Assembly (NCBI GenBank): GCA_034370465.1
Contig: JAXMLA010000317.1
Coordinates: 270 to 64,269, forward strand
Reading direction: 5' to 3'
From: Desulfuromonadales bacterium
GTDB lineage: Bacteria > Desulfobacterota > Desulfuromonadia > Desulfuromonadales > UBA2197
Length of the DNA stretch: 64,000 nt
Part shown: piece by piece, positions 21,015 through 30,774 of the stretch
Layout: every line of letters begins with the position of its first letter
Position numbering within the stretch: the stretch's first letter is position 1
Made by a program: the position numbers and the translations under genes
The notes under the pieces: model-generated
The model's database searches: none
Told to the model about the DNA's origin: nothing
What the model saw: the letters and a program-made list of their open reading frames with translations, nothing else

Positions 21015-22087
21015 TCATGTCCCGTTATCAGCACGGTGGCGGCATCCATCAAGCCGCCGCAGAACTGCAGCGACCCGTTGCCGAGCTCCTCGACTTTTCG
21101 GCGAGCATCAACCCGCTGGGGATGCCATCAGCCGTGCGCGCCGCTGCCGCAGCCGCCCTGAACGATGCCATCCACTACCCGGAGATTCACGCGGAATCGT
21201 TCCTCTCCGCCCTCGCCGCCTATCATCATCTCGATCCCCGCCATTTCCTTGCCGGCAACGGCTCAACCCCGCTCTTTACCCTCTTTGCCCGGACCCTGCG
21301 CCCCCGCCGCGCCCTGGTCGTCCGGCCCGCTTTCAGTGAATACCAGCGGGCTCTGGAGATCGCCGGGACCGAGATTGACGTCTTCGATCTCGATCCGGCA
21401 AAGGACTTCACCCTCGATCTCTGCCAACTCCTCCCGCAGGTCACGCCGGCAACCGATCTCCTCCTGATTGCTACCCCCGGCAATCCGAGCGGTGCCAAAA
21501 TCGAAGCGACAACCATCCTGACCCTGGCCCATGCACTACGGGAACAGGCGATCGTTGCGGTTGACGAAGCCTTCATCGACTTCTGTCCCGACGCCTCCAT
21601 CCTCACAGCGACCGCCAGTGAGCCAAACCTTTACGTCTTTCGCTCCATGACCAAGTTTTATGCCATCCCCGGTCTGCGCGTCGGCTATCTAGCCGGTCCG
21701 ATCAACGGCATTTCCCGCTTGAAGGAAGAGACCGAACCTTGGGCGCTCTCCAACATCGCCATTGCCGCCGCCAAGGCAGCGCTGACCGCAACAGCCTACA
21801 AAGAAGAGAGTCTGCGGCTGATCCCGCAACTGCGCGAACAGCTCGCAGACGGTCTGCGCAACCTCGGTCTGCACGTCTACCCGTCAGCGGCCAATTATCT
21901 CCTCCTCCGCCTTGTGGCAGCACACGCCGATGAAATTGTTACAGCCCTCCGCCAGGAAGGAATCCTTCTCCGCTCCTGCAGCAATTTTTCGCCGCTCGAT
22001 GCCCATTATCTGCGGGTGGCAGTACGGACGGGCGAGGAGAATCAGCGACTGATTAATGCGTTGACCGAACTTTTTAATCAAGGATGA
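21011..22087 (+). CDS. cobD: threonine-phosphate decarboxylase (class I/II aminotransferase fold)
   Basis: YQHGGGIHQAA...LLDFSASINPLGMP, plus cobalamin operon context. GTG 21011 overlaps the cbiB stop. ATG 21017 is an alternative. Confidence 0.85.
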   Translation: MIMSRYQHGGGIHQAAAELQRPVAELLDFSASINPLGMPSAVRAAAAAALNDAIHYPEIHAESFLSALAAYHHLDPRHFLAGNGSTPLFTLFARTLRPRRALVVRPAFSEYQRALEIAGTEIDVFDLDPAKDFTLDLCQLLPQVTPATDLLLIATPGNPSGAKIEATTILTLAHALREQAIVAVDEAFIDFCPDASILTATASEPNLYVFRSMTKFYAIPGLRVGYLAGPINGISRLKEETEPWALSNIAIAAAKAALTATAYKEESLRLIPQLREQLADGLRNLGLHVYPSAANYLLLRLVAAHADEIVTALRQEGILLRSCSNFSPLDAHYLRVAVRTGEENQRLINALTELFNQG

Positions 22088-22091
22088 GCGG

Positions 22092-22553
22092 ATGACACTC
22101 TGGCCCCGCGACTATTCTCTGGAAGAACTCAATCGCCTCAATGCCGGCAACTTGCTGGGCCATCTCGGCATTGAATTTGTCGCTATCGACAGCGGCTCCC
22201 TGACCGCGCAGATGCCGGTCGATCACCGGACCACTCAGCCCTTCGGACTACTCCACGGCGGCGCCTCGGTCGCCCTCGCCGAATCGGTCGGCAGTTTTGC
22301 CGCCTTCCTCGCTTTACGCGACAGCAGCAGAACAACCGTCGGACTCGAAATCAACGCCAATCATCTGCGCCCGGTCACCGCCGGTTTCGTCTCCGGCGTC
22401 GCCCGCCCCCTTCATCTCGGCCGCAATACCCAGGTCTGGGATATCCGCATCAGCGATGATAAAGCGCGTCTGGTCTGTGTGGCCCGGCTCACGGTTGCGG
22501 TCGTCCCTCGCCCCAAAGAGCGCCACGAAGAGGATAAAAATTCCCGTCTGTAA
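22092..22553 (+). CDS. PaaI/hotdog-fold thioesterase
   Basis: LGIEFVAIDSGSLTAQMPVDHRTTQPFGLLHGGASVALAESVGS. Confidence 0.8.
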   Translation: MTLWPRDYSLEELNRLNAGNLLGHLGIEFVAIDSGSLTAQMPVDHRTTQPFGLLHGGASVALAESVGSFAAFLALRDSSRTTVGLEINANHLRPVTAGFVSGVARPLHLGRNTQVWDIRISDDKARLVCVARLTVAVVPRPKERHEEDKNSRL

Positions 22554-22669
22554 ATAATTTACATCCCTTGCACTAACTCTGTTTGTCTGTGGCGTACCTC
22601 TTCTTGATCGTTAATCTGTCCGATTATTGGGAAAAAACTGATCTTTACAAAATTTAATAAATTAATTGG

Positions 22670-22697
22670 TTGCATTTTCTTTTGAGCTTGCTATATT
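22670..22697 (+). promoter_or_regulatory. sigma70-type promoter of small-peptide unit
   Basis: TTGCAT (22670-22675), 16-nt spacer, TATATT (22692-22697), in an AT-rich island. Confidence 0.45.
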
Positions 22698-22752
22698 TTA
22701 TAAAACAACGTTATCGCTATTTAACAGCAAGCCCACAGAGAGGAGAAAGACC

Positions 22753-22896
22753 ATGTTGTTCATCATCGCATTGTTTGTCGTCCCCGCCATCGCCGCATTT
22801 TCCTTCCAACTCATTTGCTATGTGAATTACAAGGGCACCGCTGCACGGTCTTCTGCTCTAAAGTGGGGGCACCGTGAGGGACTGCAGAGTGCCTAG
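22753..22896 (+). CDS. 47-aa small membrane peptide, unknown function
   Basis: ATG 22753 is preceded by GAGAGGAGAAAG. The peptide MLFIIALFVVPAIAAFSFQLICYVNYKGTAARSSALKWGHREGLQSA has one TM helix and a basic tail. It has its own promoter and terminator. Confidence 0.5.
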   Translation: MLFIIALFVVPAIAAFSFQLICYVNYKGTAARSSALKWGHREGLQSA

Positions 22897-22919
22897 TCTT
22901 CCTTCTCGCCATAGACGCA

Positions 22920-22959
22920 ATACGGGGGCCACACTAACTGTGTGACCCCCGTATTTTTT
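22920..22959 (+). terminator. intrinsic terminator of small-peptide unit
   Basis: 14-position stem 22921-22934 / 22940-22953 with one mismatch, a 5-nt loop, then TTTTTT 22954-22959. It is plus-oriented only. Confidence 0.7.
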
Positions 22960-22978
22960 GAAAAATATCTGCCGCGAA

Positions 22979-24130
22979 TTAAATTCGATTGCGGCGCAGT
23001 TGGTCGAGAGGATAAAAGGTTCCACGCCAGAAAATCCCTCCCTGATAAAGGTTGAGGATCATCGTTCGCAGCAAAATCCAGCAAAAGAGGCAGAGGCCAA
23101 GCGGAAAGCCCCAGGCGAAACGCCTGCGTTCGCCGTGCAATGTCGCCCCCCGCATCAATAAGGCGGTAAGTAGCAGGACGCTGAGCAGATTCAGCCCCCA
23201 GATCGTTCCCTCCGTCGCCAGCAGGGCAAGATAAGGCCAGAGGCCGAAGGTCAAGAGCACGGCAACCCCCCCCAGCACCATCCCCACCCGATAATCACAG
23301 CCGGCAAAAGTATTCTTCTCCAGACCCCGGATCGCTTCACCAAGGGACGCGTACCATTCGACCGCGAGAAACTCCGGCGCATAAGCGACATTCTGCCGAA
23401 AGCCGGCTCTTTTGATAATCTTGCCGAGCTTGAGGTCATCATCCGGACGGAGTGCAATCGTTTGGTGGCCGCCGACCGCACGATAAACGCTGCTACGGAG
23501 GAGATTAAAGGCGCCGATGCCGATATGGCAGGAACTGTTTGGCTCAGCGGCGCGCCAGGGCCGGGTAAAAATGCCGAAAAAGAAGATAAAGGCAAGGCCG
23601 AGAATCGGCAGCAGGGTGCCGGGCAGAGTCATCCGCGGAGTCAGCGCCAGATGATCGAGCCCCTCACTTTGCAGGCGGTTGACGGCGCGGCTCAAGACCG
23701 TCTCCTCCATGATAATATCGCCGTCGGTGAAGAGGAGGAGTTCCCCGGCGGCACGACAACTCCCCTGCCAAAGGGCATGATTCTTCCCCAACCATCCCGC
23801 CGGCAGAGTCTCAACCCGCTGCACTTTAAGTTGCGGGAAGTGGGCAGCCAACTCTGTCAGGATGACCGGCGTACGATCGTCGGAACGATCATCGACGACG
23901 ATGAGCTCATAGGCGGGATAAGCGAGGCGGAGGAGAGAGGTGACGGCAGCGTGAAGATGACGTTCTTCGTTGCGCACGGCAACAACAATCGAGACCAGCG
24001 GCCAGGGACCGGGTCCGTCGCCTGGCGTTGCACGTAAGGGTCGCAGGCGGCGTTCCCCCCAAAGGAGTTCAACGGTAATGAGCAGGGTGCCCAGCAGGGT
24101 TACCAGGGCCAGGATCAAGAGTACTGTCAT
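22979..24130 (-). CDS. family 2 glycosyltransferase, membrane-anchored
   Basis: VSIVVAVRNEERHL...YELIVVDDRSDDRT...LLFTDGDI, followed by C-terminal TM segments. Confidence 0.85.
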   Translation of the reverse strand: MTVLLILALVTLLGTLLITVELLWGERRLRPLRATPGDGPGPWPLVSIVVAVRNEERHLHAAVTSLLRLAYPAYELIVVDDRSDDRTPVILTELAAHFPQLKVQRVETLPAGWLGKNHALWQGSCRAAGELLLFTDGDIIMEETVLSRAVNRLQSEGLDHLALTPRMTLPGTLLPILGLAFIFFFGIFTRPWRAAEPNSSCHIGIGAFNLLRSSVYRAVGGHQTIALRPDDDLKLGKIIKRAGFRQNVAYAPEFLAVEWYASLGEAIRGLEKNTFAGCDYRVGMVLGGVAVLLTFGLWPYLALLATEGTIWGLNLLSVLLLTALLMRGATLHGERRRFAWGFPLGLCLFCWILLRTMILNLYQGGIFWRGTFYPLDQLRRNRI

Positions 24131-24436
24131 GACGACCTCCTTCCCTTGACAGGATAATCAGCAATGACCACATTGCCAAGGACAATGCGCCAACAACAAA
24201 AAAAAGCCGGAAACAAGGGGAGGCACCTTGATCCGGCGGAAAAATTCCTCTCTACTGGGGATAGAGAGTTATGTTGGTAGGAAAATTTCGTTCCTTGATG
24301 GGGTGACTTTACTTTGGCAGGGACGGAAAAAGTACGTGGCTCTCCGTATATTTTCCCGTCATTTTGAACGATCCGGTACTGTGTATTTGCGCAACAGGGA
24401 TTTTGCTTTATCTTTTCTATACAACGAAAGGACACG

Positions 24437-27046
24437 ATGATGGATCTCAACAAGCTGACCATTAAATCGCAGGAAGCTTTCCAGAGCGCGCAGGAATTAG
24501 CAGCGCGACGCGGCCACATCGAGGTCGATGGCGAGCACCTCCTTGCGGCCCTCCTTGAGCAGGAAGGGGGCCTGATTCCGCGTTTACTGCAAAAGCTGAC
24601 CATTCCCGTCGAGAGCATGCTCCAGGCGGTGCGGGCGGAGCTGGATCGCCGACCATCGGTCTCCGGTCCCGGCGCCGAAGCCGGGAAGATCTACGTCACC
24701 CAGCGCCTCAACCAACTCCTGCTCAAGGCCGGCGATGAAGCCAAACGTCTCAAGGATGACTTTATCAGCGTCGAACACCTGCTTCTTGCCCTCGTTGACG
24801 AAGGGGGGAAGAGTGCGTCCGGGAAGATCTTCTCAACCTTCCGTCTCGACCGCAACCGTATCCTTGCTGCCCTCACCTCGATTCGCGGCAACCAGAGGGT
24901 GACGAGTCCCGAGCCGGAAGCGACCTATGAAGCGCTGGAAAAGTACGGACGCGATCTGGTGCAGGAAGCGCGCAAAGGGAAGCTCGATCCGGTCATCGGT
25001 CGCGACGGAGAGATCCGCCGGGTGGTGCGCATCCTGTCACGCAAGACCAAGAATAATCCGGTCCTGATCGGCGAAGCCGGGGTCGGCAAGACCGCCATTG
25101 CCGAAGGTCTGGCGCATCGCATCGTCCGCGGCGACGTCCCCGAGGGACTGAAGAACAAAACGATCTTCTCCCTCGATATGGGCGCCCTGATCGCCGGGGC
25201 CAAATATCGCGGCGAATTTGAGGAACGGCTCAAGGCGGTCCTCGCCGAAGTCAAGGAGAGCGAAGGGAAGATCATCCTCTTTATCGATGAACTCCACACC
25301 ATCGTCGGCGCCGGCAAGAGCGAAGGAGCGATGGACGCCGGCAACATGCTCAAACCGATGCTGGCGCGTGGCGAGCTGCACTGTATCGGCGCTACCACCC
25401 TTGACGAATATCGCAAGTATATCGAGAAGGATCCTGCTCTGGAGCGGCGTTTCCAGCCGGTGCTGGTCGAACAGCCGACAGTGGAGGATACCATCTCGAT
25501 CCTCCGCGGCCTCAAAGAGCGCTTCGAGGTCTTTCACGGTGTACGCATTCAGGACAACTCGCTGGTCGCCGCCGCCACCCTGTCGCACCGCTACATCACC
25601 GACCGCTTCCTCCCTGACAAAGCCATCGACCTCATCGACGAAGCCTGCGCGATGATCCGCACCGAGATCGATTCGCTGCCGACGGAACTCGACGAAGCGA
25701 GCCGCCGCGTCATGCAGCTGGAGATCGAGGAAGCCGCCCTGAAGAAGGAGAAGGATCGCGCCAGCAAGGAGCGGCTCGACATGCTGCGCAAGGAACTTGC
25801 GGAGCTCAAACATAGTGCCGACACCCTGCGGGCGCAGTGGGATGCCGAGAAGGAAGGGATCAAAAAACTGCAGGGCTTGCGGGAAACGATCGAACAGGTG
25901 CGCCAGGAGATTGTTATTGCCGAGCGCCAGTATGATCTTAATAAAGCGGCGGAACTTCAGCACGGTCGCTTACCGCAACTGGAAAAGGAGCTCAAGGAAG
26001 CAGAAGCTCACGCCGCCGAAAGCGGTGGCCCGCGCCTGTTGCGTGAAGAAGTCACCGAAGAAGAGATTGCCGAAATCGTTGCCCGCTGGACCGGGATTCC
26101 CGTTACCCGGCTGGTGGAGGGGGAGAAGGAGAAGCTGCTCAAGCTCGACACCATCCTCCATCAGCGCGTTGTCGGTCAGGATGAAGCGGTGCAGCTCGTC
26201 GCCGATGCGGTGATCCGCGCCCGCTCCGGCATCAAGGACCCGCGCCGGCCGATCGGCTCTTTTATCTTCCTCGGGCCGACCGGGGTCGGCAAGACCGAAC
26301 TCGCCCGCACCCTTGCCGAGGCGCTCTTCGATACCGAGGAGAATATCATCCGCATCGACATGTCCGAGTATATGGAGAAGCACACCGTCAGTCGCCTGAT
26401 CGGTGCACCGCCCGGCTATGTCGGCTATGAGGAAGGGGGGCAGCTCACCGAGGCAGTGCGGCGCAAACCGTACAGTGTCATCCTCTTTGACGAGATCGAG
26501 AAGGCCCATCCCGACATCTTCAATGTCCTGCTGCAAATCCTCGACGATGGCCGGGTCACCGATGCCCAGGGGCGGACCATCGATTGTAAAAATACGGTGA
26601 TCATCATGACCAGCAACATTGGCAGCCCTTATCTCCTCGATGGCGTCAGTGCGCAGGGGGCGATCAAGGAGAGCGCCCGCAAGCAGGTCATGCAGGAGTT
26701 GCGGAGCGCCTTCCGTCCGGAGTTCCTCAACCGGGTCGACGACATCGTCCTCTTCAAGCCGCTCAGCAAGACAGAAATTACCCACATCATCGTCCTGCTC
26801 ACTGATGATCTGCGCAAACGCCTGGCCTCCCGCCATATCGGTCTGGAATTGACCCCGGCCGCCTGTGACTTCATCGTCAGTGCCGCTTATGATCCGGTTT
26901 ACGGCGCCCGCCCCCTCAAGCGCTACCTGCAGCACCAGTTGGAGACCAAGATCGGCCGCGCGATTATCGCCGGCGAGATAAGCGATGGCGACAAGATGAT
27001 CATCGATGCCGATCCCGAGGGACTAAAAATAGCCGTCAATCCTTGA
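24437..27046 (+). CDS. clpB: ATP-dependent chaperone ClpB
   Basis: 869 aa with a Clp_N repeat, two AAA+ modules ([21 protein letters not shown]) and a middle coiled coil. Confidence 0.97.
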   Translation: MMDLNKLTIKSQEAFQSAQELAARRGHIEVDGEHLLAALLEQEGGLIPRLLQKLTIPVESMLQAVRAELDRRPSVSGPGAEAGKIYVTQRLNQLLLKAGDEAKRLKDDFISVEHLLLALVDEGGKSASGKIFSTFRLDRNRILAALTSIRGNQRVTSPEPEATYEALEKYGRDLVQEARKGKLDPVIGRDGEIRRVVRILSRKTKNNPVLIGEAGVGKTAIAEGLAHRIVRGDVPEGLKNKTIFSLDMGALIAGAKYRGEFEERLKAVLAEVKESEGKIILFIDELHTIVGAGKSEGAMDAGNMLKPMLARGELHCIGATTLDEYRKYIEKDPALERRFQPVLVEQPTVEDTISILRGLKERFEVFHGVRIQDNSLVAAATLSHRYITDRFLPDKAIDLIDEACAMIRTEIDSLPTELDEASRRVMQLEIEEAALKKEKDRASKERLDMLRKELAELKHSADTLRAQWDAEKEGIKKLQGLRETIEQVRQEIVIAERQYDLNKAAELQHGRLPQLEKELKEAEAHAAESGGPRLLREEVTEEEIAEIVARWTGIPVTRLVEGEKEKLLKLDTILHQRVVGQDEAVQLVADAVIRARSGIKDPRRPIGSFIFLGPTGVGKTELARTLAEALFDTEENIIRIDMSEYMEKHTVSRLIGAPPGYVGYEEGGQLTEAVRRKPYSVILFDEIEKAHPDIFNVLLQILDDGRVTDAQGRTIDCKNTVIIMTSNIGSPYLLDGVSAQGAIKESARKQVMQELRSAFRPEFLNRVDDIVLFKPLSKTEITHIIVLLTDDLRKRLASRHIGLELTPAACDFIVSAAYDPVYGARPLKRYLQHQLETKIGRAIIAGEISDGDKMIIDADPEGLKIAVNP

Positions 27047-27127
27047 TTTCTATAAATTTTGCTTGTCTAATCTTAATGTTTTAGTTGATTATTATTTTTC
27101 AGCAGAACTTATCAGAAAGCGGGATAA

Positions 27128-28006
27128 ATGGCAGTGACGACAAAAAAGAAGTTCGGTGAAATCCTTGTTGAGGCCGGCGTCATCTCCGAGATAGCATTAC
27201 GGCAGGCTCTCGACCGCCAACTGATAACCGGCTGGCGCCTCGGCAAGGTCCTCGAAGCGATGGGGGTCATTGCCGAGAAAGATATCGCCGTCGCGTTGAG
27301 CAAACAGTTCGGTTTTCGCACCGCCAAAGATTTTGCCGCGCATGTCTTTGCCGCTGAACTTCTCGACTTGATTCCGGAAAAACTGGTGAAGAAGGCTCAG
27401 GTCTTCCCGTTGAAACGGGAAGGGAGCTCTCTTTATCTGGCAATGGTCAATCCCCTCGACATCCCCGTGATTGATGACGTTTCCAGGATCGCACGGCTGC
27501 ATATCATTCCAGTGGTGACGACCGCGAGCGAAATCGCCGCAGCTATCCGCCGCCATTATGACGAAAGAAGTGTCGCCATCAGGGGAGGGGTGATGGTCGG
27601 CCAGGAAATAGCAACGTTGCTGGTGATCGATGCTATCCCGGCCTCGCGGCTCAAGCTTGTCACCTTCTTGCAGGGGGCCGGTTTTCTCGTCGAACATGCC
27701 GGCAGCGAAGCGGAGGCGTGCGCCTTGATTCGCGACCATCTCCCCCACCTGGCTTTAGTCGATAGCGAATTTCCGGATCAGCTTAATCCACAAAAGCTGC
27801 TGCAAGACCTCGGCGATATCCCTCTGATTGCCATTGGCCCCAACCCGGTCAAAGAAGAAGTTGTTCTCCTCAACAGCGGCTTTGTCGATTTTATCCACAA
27901 ACCATTTCATCAGGAGCGACTCCTTGCCCGCATCAACTCGGCACTGCAACTGATCTATGGTGAAGGCAAGGGATCAAGAAAAAGGATGAGCGCACAACTC
28001 GATTAA
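27128..28006 (+). CDS. MshEN (T2SSE_N)-domain / receiver-domain protein
   Basis: Two tandem 24-residue MshEN-type motifs: KFGEILVEAGVISEIALRQALDRQ and RLGKVLEAMGVIAEKDIAVALSKQ. A C-terminal REC follows (LALVDSEFPD...HKPF). Confidence 0.85.
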   Translation: MAVTTKKKFGEILVEAGVISEIALRQALDRQLITGWRLGKVLEAMGVIAEKDIAVALSKQFGFRTAKDFAAHVFAAELLDLIPEKLVKKAQVFPLKREGSSLYLAMVNPLDIPVIDDVSRIARLHIIPVVTTASEIAAAIRRHYDERSVAIRGGVMVGQEIATLLVIDAIPASRLKLVTFLQGAGFLVEHAGSEAEACALIRDHLPHLALVDSEFPDQLNPQKLLQDLGDIPLIAIGPNPVKEEVVLLNSGFVDFIHKPFHQERLLARINSALQLIYGEGKGSRKRMSAQLD

Positions 28007-28017
28007 TGCTGACAGAT

Positions 28018-28069
28018 AGCCCAAAGAAAAGGGATCAACGCACGGGCGTTGATCCCTTTTCTTTGGGCT
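28018..28069. terminator. perfect 24-bp-stem hairpin, bidirectional terminator between convergent genes
   Basis: AGCCCAAAGAAAAGGGATCAACGC acgg GCGTTGATCCCTTTTCTTTGGGCT. Confidence 0.65.
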
Positions 28070-28094
28070 ATGGCGTTACTGCATACTCTCTTCG

Positions 28095-28478
28095 CTAAGG
28101 GACGGCATCGGCAAAGAAGCTGCTCCGGACCGGAGAAAATTTAAAGGCATCGAGGAGCGACAGATCGGTCGGCTTCATCAGCAAGATGGCCAAAAAAGCA
28201 ATAATCAACAGGGCCGCGGTCCAATTCATGAAAGCCGTCAGCCAGGCCCAATCCGGCTCCCGCCGCAACTCCCCTGCAACCGTCTCTTCCTCCTCTTCGG
28301 CGTTGCCGAGCCGGACCTTTCTTAACATCCGGCCGGCGGTTAAAAAGATCACCGCCGTCACCAAAAATTGCGGCATCGCCTCCAGCCCCAAATAACCGCT
28401 ACCGTACATGGCGCCGTAAAAACCGAGGGCACAAAAACCGAGTACGGTTAAATATTGTCCAAGATTTCCCTTCATCAC
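28095..28478 (-). CDS. hypothetical membrane protein
   Basis: 127 aa with two N-terminal TM helices, an acidic EEEEE linker and a third TM. No family recognised. Confidence 0.6.
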   Translation of the reverse strand: MMKGNLGQYLTVLGFCALGFYGAMYGSGYLGLEAMPQFLVTAVIFLTAGRMLRKVRLGNAEEEEETVAGELRREPDWAWLTAFMNWTAALLIIAFLAILLMKPTDLSLLDAFKFSPVRSSFFADAVP

Positions 28479-28562
28479 TTCACGGCTCCTGCACCATGCG
28501 CATTGCTGCTTCTCGCCGGTATGGTTATAAAGTTCATCTATAACTGAGCCGGGGAACGGCTG

Positions 28563-29105
28563 TCAACTCCGCAATGCCGGAAGCTGGCAAAGTCCGGCAA
28601 GGATCGCCAAAGCAAAGGTGATAACCCCGGCCAACAGGAGGACATATCCGAGGGGTGACCAGACAATGACCATGACCAGAGCTTTAAGGAGGAGGGTCAT
28701 CGCCACCGCAGCAAGAAGGAGATGAAAAGAACGCCCGCAATCACTTGGCTGCACCGCAACCCGGGAGGCAAAGAGTCCCCAGAAGAGGAGGAAAACGCCT
28801 TGCGCCGGGGAGTGTGCCGACACATTGCCAAGCTGGGAGATTTGTGAACAGGTAAAGAGGCCAAAGGCGACCAGCACCACCGATTCGAGGTAGCGCTCCT
28901 GACGCCAGGCCTGCAAACCGGCGCCAATCTGGATCACCGCCGCAAGGAAGAGCGGAGCGAGCAATGTTTGAGCACTGGCAGCGACAGGGGAGAGAACAAC
29001 GGCTTCGAGCAGTACGGCGAAGCCAAGCGCCAAGATCCCGGCGACTCGGGTCATCATCCAGGTTTCTTGTGATTTTGCCACGCTAAGGGTCGAGTTTCTG
29101 GCCAT
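28563..29105 (-). CDS. multi-pass membrane protein, possibly GPR1/FUN34/YaaH (SatP-like) family
   Basis: ATG 29105 (MARNS...) has AGGAGG 5 nt upstream and lies downstream of the sigma54 promoter. The track start at 29195 lies upstream of the predicted TSS. AAVIQIGAGLQAWRQERYLESVVLVAFGLF and GVFLLFWGLF resemble SatP [31 protein letters not shown] and GVYLGLWGVF. This by-eye family call is low confidence. Confidence 0.6.
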   Translation of the reverse strand: MARNSTLSVAKSQETWMMTRVAGILALGFAVLLEAVVLSPVAASAQTLLAPLFLAAVIQIGAGLQAWRQERYLESVVLVAFGLFTCSQISQLGNVSAHSPAQGVFLLFWGLFASRVAVQPSDCGRSFHLLLAAVAMTLLLKALVMVIVWSPLGYVLLLAGVITFALAILAGLCQLPALRS

Positions 29106-29204
29106 GATCGCCTCCTGATCAACGTCTTTGTATCCCACTTGATTCGACAGCAGCATATCCGATTTCATCCGAACTCGCCTGGCGTCCGCTTTCACAGATC
29201 TACT

Positions 29205-29220
29205 AGCAACGGCTATGCCA
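29205..29220 (-). promoter_or_regulatory. sigma54 (-24/-12) promoter
   Basis: Minus strand TGGCAT-AGCCG-TTGCT against consensus TGGCAC-N5-TTGCW, with exact spacing. It is ~100 nt upstream of ATG 29105 and immediately downstream of the sigma54 activator operon. Confidence 0.6.
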
Positions 29221-29316
29221 GCCTAAAGACAAACTATAACAACATAAGATTGTTGAAATTATTTTAAACCTCTACAGATAATTCTCTTGCCCCCTCTCTA
29301 CCCTTTGCTGGTTTGC

Positions 29317-29347
29317 AAAAAAAAAGCCCCGATCTTTGCATCGGGGC
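29317..29347 (-). terminator. intrinsic terminator after sigma54 regulator gene
   Basis: GCCCCGAT/ATCGGGGC stem, followed on the minus strand by a run of 9 T. Confidence 0.7.
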
Positions 29348-29385
29348 GAATCGATCACTGGCGAGTCGGGCTTGTACTCCAAAAC

Positions 29386-30774
29386 TCAGCTGTAATCTTC
29401 TTTTTTCAAACCGTATTTTTTAATCTTGCGGTAGATGGTCGCCATATTCATTCCGGCTTCACGGGCGGCCTCGTCAATATTCCCTCCCTTTTTTCGCAGC
29501 AGCATCTTGAGGTAATCGGTCTCAAAGGCGGTCATGGCGGCGGTATAATCGCTATCGAGCATCGCGGTGAGCTGCGATGCTCCGCCGGTAAAGGAGGGGG
29601 GCATCTCGATAAACTGTTCGAGTATCGGCAGGTCGATGAGGGCGTCTTCGCTGCCGATCGCCATACAGGCCTCAACGACATTGCGCAATTGGCGAATATT
29701 CCCCGGCCAGGGGAAGCTCTTGAGGGCTTCGCTCGCTTCCGGACTGAAGCCCTTGACGCTGGTGCCGAACTTTTTATTCTGTTCCTGAACAAAGTGCGCG
29801 GCGAGCAAAGGGATATCTGCGACCCGTTCGCGCAGCGGCGGCAGGCGCAGATTGAGGACGTTGAGGCGATAATATAGATCTTCGCGAAAGGTGCCGGTCC
29901 TTACATCCGCGCTCAAATCGGCGTTGGTAGCGGAGATGATGCGCACATCCACCTTGATCGGCTGCGTATCGCCAATGCGGAGAAACTCCTGCTCCTGGAG
30001 AAAACGGAGCAAAGTCTTCTGCACGTTGATCGGCAGATTCCCGACCTCATCCAAAAAGAGGGTGCCACCATCAGCGGCTTCCAAGAGTCCTTTGCGATTT
30101 TCCGCCGCACCGGTAAAGGCTCCCTTTTTATAGCCGAAAAGCTCACTCTCCAACAGGGATTCGGAGAGGGCACCGCAATTGATGGCGACAAAACGCTTGT
30201 CACGGCGCGGAGAGTTGTAGTGCAGGGCCTGGGCGACGAGTTCCTTGCCGGTACCGGATTCGCCGGTAATCAGCACCGAAGTGTCGCGCACCGCCACCTT
30301 CTCCATGCGCTCGATTAAAGTCTTCAAGGCCGGAGCGCTGCCGATCATCTTGTCAAAACGGAACTTGCCGACCAGCTCTTCGCGGAGTTGACGGTTCTCT
30401 TCGAGAAGTTTGGTCTGCTGCAGAGCATTACGCACCCGGTAAATGAGTTCTTCCGGCTCAAAGGGCTTGGTGAGCATATCGTAGGCGCCACGCCGCAAGG
30501 CCTGAATTGCGGTCTCGACCGTGGCGTAGGCGGTAATCATGATCACCGGGATGGCCGGCGCCTTGGCCTTGATCCGCTCCAGAACTTCAATTCCGTCCAT
30601 CCCCGGCATCTTGATGTCGGAGATGACCAGGTCCCACTCTTCGGCCTTGAAACTTTCCACGGCCTCAAAAGAGCGGGTGAAAGCGCCGACCTTAAAGCCG
30701 TTATCTTTGAGGACCGCCGCCATCATTCGGCAGAGACCTTCTTCATTATCGATGAGCAGAATGCGATTCTTCAC
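29386..30774 (-). CDS. sigma54-dependent response regulator (NtrC family)
   Basis: REC (LVISDIKMPGMDG), AAA+ (GESGTGKE, GAFTGA, RFLQEQEF), and a C-terminal Fis HTH. Confidence 0.95.
   Translation of the reverse strand: MKNRILLIDNEEGLCRMMAAVLKDNGFKVGAFTRSFEAVESFKAEEWDLVISDIKMPGMDGIEVLERIKAKAPAIPVIMITAYATVETAIQALRRGAYDMLTKPFEPEELIYRVRNALQQTKLLEENRQLREELVGKFRFDKMIGSAPALKTLIERMEKVAVRDTSVLITGESGTGKELVAQALHYNSPRRDKRFVAINCGALSESLLESELFGYKKGAFTGAAENRKGLLEAADGGTLFLDEVGNLPINVQKTLLRFLQEQEFLRIGDTQPIKVDVRIISATNADLSADVRTGTFREDLYYRLNVLNLRLPPLRERVADIPLLAAHFVQEQNKKFGTSVKGFSPEASEALKSFPWPGNIRQLRNVVEACMAIGSEDALIDLPILEQFIEMPPSFTGGASQLTAMLDSDYTAAMTAFETDYLKMLLRKKGGNIDEAAREAGMNMATIYRKIKKYGLKKEDYS

Noticed and set aside
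24131-24436. Heat-shock control element upstream of clpB (CIRCE, sigma32 or sigma54 promoter)
   Set aside because: There is no TTAGCACTC-N9-GAGTGCTAA. CTTGAT...GGGG strings do not fit CTTGAAA-N13-15-CCCCAT. TGGCAG-N5-GAAAA lacks the -12 TTGC. Only a small 7-bp hairpin (24249-24269) was seen.
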